A stretch of DNA of 64,000 nucleotides from an uncultured virus (IMG/VR IMGVR_UViG_3300015371_000022) (taxonomy: Duplodnaviria > Heunggongvirae > Uroviricota > Caudoviricetes), in the IMG/VR virus record IMGVR_UViG_3300015371_000022; one strand, 5' to 3'. Positions 30,362-38,399 of the stretch are shown here, in pieces (position 1 is the first letter of the stretch; every line of letters starts with the position of its first letter). The position numbers and the translations under genes were made by a program. The notes under the pieces were generated by a model that did no database searches, was not told the DNA's origin, and saw nothing but the letters and a program-made list of their open reading frames with translations.

Positions 30362-30405
30362 CACCGGCACGCTGCTAGTTTGTAATTTTACAAGGGAGCA
30401 GCAAC

Positions 30406-30786
30406 ATGAAAAAGCGCAAGAAGTCGGCGACCACCCGCCGGCCATTGAATAAAAAGACCCTGCGCCGGGTCCGCACCGCCGGCACCGCGGCATCCTCGCG
30501 CTACACCGTTGGCGGCAAGCGCAACAAGAAGCGCAAGCCGGTGAGCGTGGCAAAGACCGCCAAGCGCAAGGCGGTACGCAAGCCGAAACCCACTGCCAGC
30601 GTGACAGAGATCGCCGAAGCCACACAGAAGCTGCAGGAATACCACGAACCTCGAGTGGACGATCCGGGCGAGCATGTCCGAGTTATTCCCAACAAATCTG
30701 ACGAGCAACCGGGTGTGCGGGACGTGCAGCCTGTGCTGCAAGGTGATGACAGTCCCGAACTTCCCGGGGAAACCGAACCCACATAA
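30406..30786 (+). CDS. Highly basic hypothetical protein
   Basis: Lys/Arg-rich N-terminal half; GGAG RBS; overlaps the next ORF. Confidence 0.45.
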   Translation: MKKRKKSATTRRPLNKKTLRRVRTAGTAASSRYTVGGKRNKKRKPVSVAKTAKRKAVRKPKPTASVTEIAEATQKLQEYHEPRVDDPGEHVRVIPNKSDEQPGVRDVQPVLQGDDSPELPGETEPT

Positions 30787-31120
30787 GTGGTGCGCCCACG
30801 CGCGGCCCGGTAAAGGCTGCAGCATTTACGCGGATCGCCCGCAGGAATGCCGGGATTTTGCTTGCCTGTGGTTGATCGACGGCCGCATCCCGGACTACTG
30901 GTTCCCGAAATGGTCGAAGATCGTGATCGCGCCACATCTGGCGGAGAAAGAAAAGTACGTCGCCTTCATTGTGGACCCGGCCTATCCAGGAAGGTGGCGG
31001 GAAGAACCGTGGTTCAGTGATCTGAAGAAGCTGGCAAAGGCGGGGATCGACGGGTCGCTGGGGCAAAAATGGACTTCATTCGTTCTTGTCGGAGACGATC
31101 GCATTCAAATCGGAGCCTGA
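30674..31120 (+). CDS. CxxCxxCC (YkgJ-like) Fe-S/Zn cluster protein
   Basis: CGTCSLCC...WC...GCSIYADRPQECRDFAC. Confidence 0.75.
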   Translation: MSELFPTNLTSNRVCGTCSLCCKVMTVPNFPGKPNPHKWCAHARPGKGCSIYADRPQECRDFACLWLIDGRIPDYWFPKWSKIVIAPHLAEKEKYVAFIVDPAYPGRWREEPWFSDLKKLAKAGIDGSLGQKWTSFVLVGDDRIQIGA

Positions 31121-31131
31121 ATTCCGACCAG

Positions 31132-31746
31132 TCAGCGACCGCGAGCGGGTTGTAGATCGGCGCGTACTGCCATACGAGCTCCATCGTCGACTTGAGATCC
31201 ATTGGCCGTCTCCACCTTGTGGAAGATGATGTCCATCAGCTTGCGGCGGTCCTCCGGCAGGAACTGGTAGCCGTAGCCCCACAAGGTCGAGACTTTAATC
31301 CCGAATGGCTCGAGCCGCTTGCGGATCGAACAGATATGCACACCTATCGACACCCCGGTCATGGTGCCGGCGAGCCGCTCGCGCAGCAACGTCGGGTACT
31401 GCAGCAGCACCAGCAGCAAGCTGATTTCGGTCGGCGTCAGGTGGAACACCTCCTGCATGGCCACGAACAAGCGATCGCGGTTCTCGCTCACCAATCTCGA
31501 GAGCTGCAGCGCACGCTGGTCGCGTGGAAACCCGGGTGGCCAGTCGTCGCGCGGCAGGTCGAGCAGCTTGCCGGCAGCCTGGGCGATGCGCAGGCGTTCG
31601 CGCACGATGTCGGACGACAGCTTGATCGCTCGAGCGATCGCGCGCAGCGGCACACCTTCGTCCGCCAACCGGATGGCGATATCGGGGATGACCCGTTCGG
31701 GGTCAAACCCTTGGGATCCCACTTGGGCTAGTGGTTCAGCCGCCAT
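31132..31746 (-). CDS. Transcriptional regulator: N-terminal HTH plus OmpR/CtrA-type winged helix, no receiver domain
   Basis: GVPLRAIARAIKLSSDIVRERL (HTH); HLTPTEISLLLVL...IGVHICSIRKRL...VSTLWGYGYQF (Trans_reg_C). Confidence 0.8.
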   Translation of the reverse strand: MAAEPLAQVGSQGFDPERVIPDIAIRLADEGVPLRAIARAIKLSSDIVRERLRIAQAAGKLLDLPRDDWPPGFPRDQRALQLSRLVSENRDRLFVAMQEVFHLTPTEISLLLVLLQYPTLLRERLAGTMTGVSIGVHICSIRKRLEPFGIKVSTLWGYGYQFLPEDRRKLMDIIFHKVETANGSQVDDGARMAVRADLQPARGR

Positions 31747-31983
31747 GACCCCCAATACAGCCGATTCTTAAACATTTAAAGGGAAAAAGCGGCTAGATCA
31801 GAGACCTAGCCGCAACAGGGAGACCATTGACGGCCAAGTATAGCAGTCTGGCACAGTCGGTACAGCCACCTATTTTAGCCGCAAATTTGGTGGTTTTGAC
31901 CCCGAATCGGCAGGACAAAAGGCGAACTTGGCAAAAAATACTGCTGCCGGGTTGGTGCCACGGTTAACGACAGCGAGGTTGAC

Positions 31984-32181
31984 TTAATAACCAACCAGCG
32001 CGTGCCACAACCACCTCAGACCGGCGAACGCCCAGAGAAGCGCAATCAGCCAGAAGCAGCCGAGGAATAACAGGTCGGCACTGGCCGAATAGGGGTAACC
32101 CTGACCCCAGAGCTTGGGGTTGAACCGAATGACTTTTGTCAAGGGATGGGGTTCGAAGATCTTGGGATCGAGTTTTTTCAT
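31984..32181 (-). CDS. Small membrane protein
   Basis: 65 aa with hydrophobic C-terminal half; downstream of leftward TTGACA elements. Confidence 0.4.
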   Translation of the reverse strand: MKKLDPKIFEPHPLTKVIRFNPKLWGQGYPYSASADLLFLGCFWLIALLWAFAGLRWLWHALVGY

Positions 32182-32217
32182 GGTAGTGAGGTAGCCGGCT
32201 GGTATGGGGGTTGCAAG

Positions 32218-32264
32218 TTAACATTTGTCAATGTGAGGTATTTTGTATCCTTGACTTCTGTCAA
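32218..32264. promoter_or_regulatory. Two TTGAC-N4-GTCAA-type palindromes (leftward -35 elements)
   Basis: ttaacatttgtcaa at 32218-32231 and ttgacttctgtcaa at 32251-32264. Confidence 0.6.
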
Positions 32265-32449
32265 TCATGGTATTTTTGTACCGTTAAATTTTTGGGGGTT
32301 GGGATATTTCCAACCTCCTGGGGAAGAATGCGCGCGCCGGCCGGGGCCTGGCCAGCGTCCCCCGGGGGTGGGGGGTGGGGGGTCTGCCGCGGCGAGGACT
32401 GTGGCCAGAGCTCGGCTCTGCCGTCGACAAGCGCCAAGAGCTCGAGCTT

Positions 32450-32960
32450 GCATTGACGGAATGAATCAATGATATCAACAACTAGCTCCAAATCCTTCCT
32501 ATGCAAAACTTAACATTTCTGCATGGCCATGGTCCGTTCTCGAGTTATGCAGCCTCAAAAGCATCGAAAGCAAACCCGACCGGATAGAAGATAGTATAAT
32601 CAAATCAATGGCTTATGTGTATCACTATCTCAGAATCCACGTTTTTCCCAACTACAGTCCCCCCTTTTTTTTTTCTCTCCAGAATCCACAGAATCCCACA
32701 ACCCTTTATTTTTAAACTTACGTAACGAGATAATATTATACCTGTAAATATCTATATGATTCTAAGAATAAATAACGTCAATACAGTGATTTTGCTTGAC
32801 AGTTGTCGGACGATAGTTTCATCTGTATCAATATACGATATGACCGTACGAAAAAAATTTTAGGAGAGGTGTATTACTTGGAAAACCGCGGATTCCGAGA
32901 TACCGAGATATCAAGGGTAAACCATCTTCCTCAGGCCTCCGTGCCGTCAGAGTCCATTTC
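32450..32960. other. AT-rich non-coding control region (candidate origin or genome end)
   Basis: No ORF of 60 aa or more between 32506 and 32963; poly-T and poly-A runs; cagaatcc x3; transcription diverges here. Confidence 0.55.
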
Positions 32961-32962
32961 TC

Positions 32963-32994
32963 CTATTGACAAGCGTCAATAGTCCCCCTATAGA
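32963..32994 (+). promoter_or_regulatory. Sigma70 early promoter with operator palindrome over the -35
   Basis: TTGACA-17-TATAGA; ctattgac-aagc-gtcaatag perfect 8-bp arms. Confidence 0.8.
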
Positions 32995-33044
32995 AAGAGC
33001 GCGCCGCGATTGTGCGGTACCTGGAACCAACAAGGCAAAATGAC

Positions 33045-33569
33045 ATGTCTGATCCATTTGAAGGACTCGACGATAATCTGGACCACGGCGCGGACGAAAG
33101 CCCGCAGACCATGCAAGGTCTATTCGACAACGCCATTGCCGCGCGGCAATTCATGCGTGCCGGCAATGCCACGGTGACGCTCGTCAGCAAGGCTAGCGGG
33201 ACGCGGTTCACGTTTCGCATCAGCGAAGCCCGCGACAAGACGACCGGCAAGCGTACCGGCGACGGCACGCTGTTCGTCGGTTTGCTCGCCGGAGCGGACA
33301 ATAACAACGACTATCGCTACATGGGCCGCATCGCGCGCGACGTGTACTGGCACGGCCGGCGGGTACCAAAGCCAACCGACGTCTCGAGTGAAGCCAAGTC
33401 GGCCAAGGCGTTCAGCTGGACATGGCGCAAGCTCATGCAAGGCGAGCTGCCCGACGTGTTGGAGGTCTGGCACGAAGGCAAATGCGGCCGCTGCGGCCGC
33501 AAGCTCACCGTGCCGTCGTCCATTGCGTCAGGATTTGGTCCGGAATGCATCGGTAAAATTTTCGGTTGA
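33045..33569 (+). CDS. DUF6011-type zinc-ribbon protein
   Basis: C-terminal CGRCGRKLTVPSSIASGFGPEC. Confidence 0.75.
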   Translation: MSDPFEGLDDNLDHGADESPQTMQGLFDNAIAARQFMRAGNATVTLVSKASGTRFTFRISEARDKTTGKRTGDGTLFVGLLAGADNNNDYRYMGRIARDVYWHGRRVPKPTDVSSEAKSAKAFSWTWRKLMQGELPDVLEVWHEGKCGRCGRKLTVPSSIASGFGPECIGKIFG

Positions 33570-33836
33570 AGCATGCCGGCCGGTCAATCCCAAGCTTTCG
33601 GGCTTAGGTCGCGCAAACGGTGGGCCAAACGTGAAGCCCGCCGCTTGCGCCAGCAAGCGGAGATGTTGCGCCAAATGGGGCGCAAACACCTAAAGGAAAA
33701 GATCGGCGGGAAAAAACCTCGCCGCCCTAGTCCTAGGCCATAGGACAAACGAAACGGGCTTCCTTGGCCTTCCTACGGAAGCACCATACTACCACTAAGG
33801 GCAATCCTGCCCGACAACGGTAATGAGGTAAGGCAA

Positions 33837-34121
33837 ATGTCCTATTCGTTCCACATCGACCCGGGTCACGGCTGGCTAGCGGTCCGGCATGATGATCTGG
33901 CTGCGTTAGGTCTGAGCGCGGTTGATTTCACGGCATGCAGTCACATTGACGAGCGCAACATCTATCTGGAGGAGGATTGTGACGCCGGGAAATTCATTGA
34001 CGCCTACAAGGCAAAGCATGGCCGCGCGCCCGACATTTTGGAGCGTCACAGCAACTCCGACTCCTTCATTCGCCGCCGCCCGCGCAATTTCCGCGGCAAG
34101 TGGCAACCGTTCGCCCGCTAA
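33837..34121 (+). CDS. Conserved phage early protein
   Basis: DPGHGWLAV...YLEEDCDA motif; GAGG RBS. Confidence 0.65.
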   Translation: MSYSFHIDPGHGWLAVRHDDLAALGLSAVDFTACSHIDERNIYLEEDCDAGKFIDAYKAKHGRAPDILERHSNSDSFIRRRPRNFRGKWQPFAR

Positions 34122-34287
34122 CCAGAAAGGACACAAGGCAATGTTTCGATATGATCTCGCGTGGTTCGGCGCATGCCGCATAATCCTGATCACGGACGAA
34201 AGCCCGAATGAGCGTAGCAAGATTCCGCTCTTGGGATATGTGGTCCTGCCGAGCGCAGTCTATCGCCCCGCACGCTAAATTAAATCC

Positions 34288-34340
34288 GAGCGCAGGGATT
34301 GACTCTCCCTGCGCTCTCCTACTATCTTGACAACTGTCAA
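34288..34340 (+). promoter_or_regulatory. 11-bp hairpin with TTGACT in the loop, followed by TTGAC-N4-GTCAA palindrome
   Basis: gagcgcaggga-ttgactc-tccctgcgctc at 34288-34316; ttgacaactgtcaa at 34327-34340. Confidence 0.6.
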
Positions 34341-34359
34341 CTCTAACAGGCTTAGGCAA

Positions 34360-35130
34360 ATGACAACGCTAACGATCAATCATGCGGCCAAGCGCGCGCC
34401 GAGTGCTGCGCTGGCATTCTGGAACGAAGACACTGCAATTACCTACGATCTGCCGTTGTCGGCCGATCTGGCGCATCTGATCGCCGGCAGCATGGGCTTT
34501 CCGAGCAAGATGCCGGGGACTGCTTATGGTCTGAGCGCGCGGCGATGCATCACGGGCAGCAAGCTCGCACAGATCAAAAACACGGTCTGTCACGACTGTT
34601 ACGCGCTAAAGGGAAATTACGTCTATAGCGATGTGATCCGAGCGCAAGAGATCCGCTATGCCGGCACCAAACACGCGCGCTGGGCCGAATGCATGGCCTA
34701 CCTGCTTAATGCCATGCATGGCTTTGCGCCACGGCCCAAGCGATTGAAATCCAAAAAAGTAAAGAGCAAGGGCTGGCATCGCTGGCACGATGCCGGCGAT
34801 CTGCAAAGTGTCGCGCATCTCGCCGCGATCTGCCGCGTGTGCGAGCTAACGCCCAAGATCAAGCATTGGCTGCCGACTCGCGAAACGGCGATTGTGCTGG
34901 CATTCGTGAAGGCCGGCGGCATCATTCCCGATAATCTCACTATCCGGGTCAGCGCGACCATGGTCGACGGCCAAGCGACCAAAACATGGCTGTGGACGAG
35001 TGGCGTGCATGACCAGATCGTGCCCGCGGCCAAGGACCGCTGCACTGCGCCCGATACGAACGGCGAGTGTGCGTCATGCCGCAAGTGCTGGGACCGCGAG
35101 CAATCCCACACGACCTACCACCTGCATTGA
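34360..35130 (+). CDS. GP88-family Cys-rich (radical-SAM-like) protein
   Basis: SKMPG...C.TGSKL....NTVCHDCYA.KG.Y, RWHDAGD, HWLPTRE, C-x6-CASCRKCW. Confidence 0.75.
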   Translation: MTTLTINHAAKRAPSAALAFWNEDTAITYDLPLSADLAHLIAGSMGFPSKMPGTAYGLSARRCITGSKLAQIKNTVCHDCYALKGNYVYSDVIRAQEIRYAGTKHARWAECMAYLLNAMHGFAPRPKRLKSKKVKSKGWHRWHDAGDLQSVAHLAAICRVCELTPKIKHWLPTRETAIVLAFVKAGGIIPDNLTIRVSATMVDGQATKTWLWTSGVHDQIVPAAKDRCTAPDTNGECASCRKCWDREQSHTTYHLH

Positions 35131-35142
35131 GGAGATAACAAA

Positions 35143-36826
35143 ATGACAACGACTCTTTCCGACATTGCCCGCGCGGCATTGGCCAAGGCCTACGCCACGC
35201 GCGGACCGCATCGCGGGCAATTGCTGGCACGTTGCCCGCGTTCCAACACACTCGCGGCCGCGGCATGGCAGGGCGCAATGCTGGTGGTCAATCCCTACCA
35301 AGCAAGCATTGGCGCAATGTTGTTCATGTCTGCCGAGCAAAGGACCGTGCGCGATGAAATCGTGGCGCATTTCGAGTCCTTGCCGCGCGAGTACCAAATC
35401 CTGGCACAGCGCGATCGTGAGGCGCTGACTCGTTTGGGGGTATGGTGACATGGACCGTGAATATTGGCGTTTGATTGCCTTGGCAATCGAGGAATTGAGC
35501 GAATACGGTTTCATTATCGAGCGCACGCAAGAGCGGATGCGCAACCACCCCATGAATATTGACCCCGTGCAAGTCGCGTTGGGTTGGTCCGATGTGGAGG
35601 GCTGAAACCATGTCCCGCAATATCCCCCAAGTGCGCCTCTGGCGCGTGACCTACTTACGCGACGGCGTGCAGATCTTCCAGCACGAGTCGCATGCGCCTA
35701 CCAAATTGTTCGCACGCTGGAACGCGCGCGATGCATTCATTCAATCCGGCATATGGCGCGAGTCCGGCCTTGCCGACAAGATTCGAGTCGGGCTCATTAG
35801 GAAAGGACATTGAGTCCATGACCGCGTTCAAAGACCCGATGTTGCGCAAGGTCTACGACTATTGCCGCACGACCGGCGGCAATATCGGGTCAAGCCCATT
35901 GCGCTACGCCTATCGTTTGGGCCGTCGAGGTACCAAAAACATGTTCGTTCGCTTGTCGTCACAGCATGCCGCATGGGCAGCTGGGCGCGATGATTACCGC
36001 GAAGTCAACAAAGGAAAGGCAATTGAGTCATGACCGATCTCGCAAAGCTCGCCATGCCGACCGTGCATTTGAACGGCACCGGCAAAGCCGAGCTATTGAA
36101 CGGCTATCGCCAAGCCATGGCCGCGGTGCGGCTGGCAATCAATACCGTGCAATCGACCGCGCCGCATGGCCGCGACTACTACGTGCAGAAAGATAACCCG
36201 ATACAGGCTGCGATCACCGAGCACAGCGAACGACTCCAAGTCTTGGAGCATGTTTTTAACGAGTTGGAGACGCTAGCGGTGCATGTCATGGAGCAAGGCA
36301 CATGAAATCTATAGACCAGAATATCGCTAATCTCGCCAAGCTAATGCATCGCATGGCCGCAAACGATATGGGCGAATTGAGCGCGGCAGAAGCGGCATGC
36401 TTTCACACCGCCTGCGCTGCGATTGATAATTTGATTGTGGCGCGCGAAGCCCGACAAGAGGACGAAGAGGAGTCTGTATCGTGACCGGCTTAATCATCAT
36501 GACCGCATTCGTGTTCTGCTTTGCGCTCACGTTTGCGGTCGCTGCCATCATCGACGAAATGAGTGGAGACAACCATGGGTGAGCTTTTCAGCGTCTACTA
36601 TTTCTCCAGCGAAATCCTGGGCGATATTCAGGAGCGCGAGTGCTACCTCGTGCCGTTGAACGAAGCCAAACAATGGTTCGTGCATCATACCACCAACGTG
36701 GCGGCCAATGCCGGCTTTACCGTGCGCGTGATCATGACCGACAGTGACGACTGCATCGTGGCCGAGTGGAAATATGGTCAAGGAATCACGTGGCCGAAGG
36801 AGTCGACGTTTAGACATGATGCCTAA
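35143..36826 (+). CDS. Cluster of small early hypothetical genes (35143-35448, 35450-35605, 35610-35813, 35818-36033, 36030-36305, 36302-36484, 36575-36826)
   Basis: Tightly packed co-oriented ORFs with RBSs and stop/start overlaps; no family recognised. Confidence 0.6.
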
Positions 36827-36871
36827 ACCTCTGCGTCCCAAGGGCGCTTGCCTTCGAATCAAATTAGTAAG

Positions 36872-36900
36872 TTGACAAACGTCAATTAGTGTGCTAACCT
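36872..36900 (+). promoter_or_regulatory. Sigma70 early promoter with operator palindrome
   Basis: TTGACA-17-TAACCT; ttgacaaacgtcaa. Confidence 0.75.
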
Positions 36901-36932
36901 CTCTTCGTTCAACTCTAACCATGTAGGCAATC

Positions 36933-37733
36933 ATGACAACCGAATTAGACCGCATCAAGTTCAAGATCAAAGCTCTGGCCGCGAAGACCGTGGCCAACGG
37001 CTGCAGCGAGCACGAGGCCATGTCGGCAATGGAGGGCGTCGGCCGCTTGCTGGCGCAGTACAATCTCACCATGGAGGAGTGCGACGTCCGCTCGAGTGTG
37101 TGCAAAACGATCTTTATCGATATCGACCGGCAACACCGCCACCCCATCGACTCGTGCGTGACTTCGCTCGCCGATCTGGTCAATGCCAAGTGCTGGTTTA
37201 ACCGGCAATACAAGAAATACCCGGGGCCTAATGGTGGCGTAGTCTACAAGAAAAGCGCAGCCTATGCGTTCTTTGGCCAGGAGCAGGATCTCGAGCTGAT
37301 CGAATATCTGTTCAAGGTCATTCACTCCGCCATCGAGGCCGAGTCAGCCAAGTTCAAGCAATCGTCCTATTATTCCAACGGCCACAAGACCAGCCCCGAA
37401 TACCGGCATCGCGTGGCCGGCGCGCGCCGCAGTGCGACCGTGAGCTTCCAGCGCGGCATGGCAAGCCGCATTGGCCAGCGCCTGCGCGTGCTCAAAGCGC
37501 AGAACGACGCCGAGCTTGCCAAGCATCGCAGCACCGGCACCGCGCTGGTCGTGCTCAAAAAGCAAATTATCGAGGACGCTTGGCAGCACGAGGGCATCAA
37601 GCTCAGAAGCAATCGTTCGTCCTATCGCATCAAGGACTCCTCCGCTTTCGAACACGGCCACCGGGCCGGCGACAAGGTCAATCTCTCGCGGCCGATCCCG
37701 GGCGCGGGCAAGGTCGGAGGGCTGCTGACATGA
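36933..37733 (+). CDS. DUF2786-domain protein
   Basis: KIKALAAKT...SEHEA..A.....RLLAQYNL N-terminus; FFG...D...YLF; SF..G. Confidence 0.75.
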   Translation: MTTELDRIKFKIKALAAKTVANGCSEHEAMSAMEGVGRLLAQYNLTMEECDVRSSVCKTIFIDIDRQHRHPIDSCVTSLADLVNAKCWFNRQYKKYPGPNGGVVYKKSAAYAFFGQEQDLELIEYLFKVIHSAIEAESAKFKQSSYYSNGHKTSPEYRHRVAGARRSATVSFQRGMASRIGQRLRVLKAQNDAELAKHRSTGTALVVLKKQIIEDAWQHEGIKLRSNRSSYRIKDSSAFEHGHRAGDKVNLSRPIPGAGKVGGLLT

Positions 37734-37917
37734 ACACAAACCATAAAGTCGGAGAACGTTATCGGCTGGAGCGTCTGACTGCAGGCGACCGTAACGCCAT
37801 CTTTGAGACGAACGAACTGGATCAATACGACTTGGACAACGGCGGCGATGGGATCGTCTACGCTGGTACAGCCAGAGAGGCTGCAGAAATTCGCGCTACC
37901 GTTGCCCAGGTGCCGTC

Positions 37918-38343
37918 GTGACGGTGAAGGATTACCAGCGCAAGCGGGTCTATCGCTGGGAGGATGCCGTGGTGGGGCCGCGTTGCTCCGCCATGGTGCC
38001 GTTCGCCGCCGGCCAGACCTACGTCAATGGCGTCTGGCTGGCGCAGGGCTGGCTTAAACCGCCCCGGGTGGTCCCGATCTCCACCCGACAGCGCAAGCAC
38101 CTTGCCCGGGCTTCCCACGGCCAAATAGAGCTACCTGTGAACGTCCCCGGCTGGGTGGTCCTGCACGAGTTGGCGCACTCTCTTACTGACGATGGGCATG
38201 GTCCCAACTTCATGGGCATGTACATCGATCTGCTCGAGCGGGTCGAGGGGCTGTCGCGACTGCTTACCATGTACTCGCTCAAGCAGGCGAGGATTGATTT
38301 CAACCTGGGAGTCCAGCCGCTGGGCTGGGTGATTAAACGTTGA
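37918..38343 (+). CDS. HExxH metalloprotease-like protein (SprT/TIGR04338-like)
   Basis: DYQRKRVYRWE...VVLHELAH...HGPNF; common neighbour of DUF2786 genes. Confidence 0.7.
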   Translation: MTVKDYQRKRVYRWEDAVVGPRCSAMVPFAAGQTYVNGVWLAQGWLKPPRVVPISTRQRKHLARASHGQIELPVNVPGWVVLHELAHSLTDDGHGPNFMGMYIDLLERVEGLSRLLTMYSLKQARIDFNLGVQPLGWVIKR

Positions 38344-38368
38344 CAAACGTCAATTAAATGCCTAAGTG
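38340..38368 (+). promoter_or_regulatory. Sigma70 early promoter with operator palindrome
   Basis: TTGACA-17-TAAGTG; ttgacaaacgtcaa identical to 36872. Confidence 0.7.
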
Positions 38369-38399
38369 AGCACAACTCTAACCCGAACGAGGCAATGAC

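Noticed and set aside
31014..31282. Small minus-strand ORFs downstream of the regulator
   Set aside because: Overlap both the regulator and the convergent CxxCxxCC gene; no RBS or motif
31767..31781. Fifth full CtrA-type box upstream of the regulator
   Set aside because: TTAA half-sites are 4 nt apart, not 7; kept only as possible half-sites
33730..33790. Hammerhead ribozyme suggested by stems and CGAAAC
   Set aside because: No CTGANGA core found
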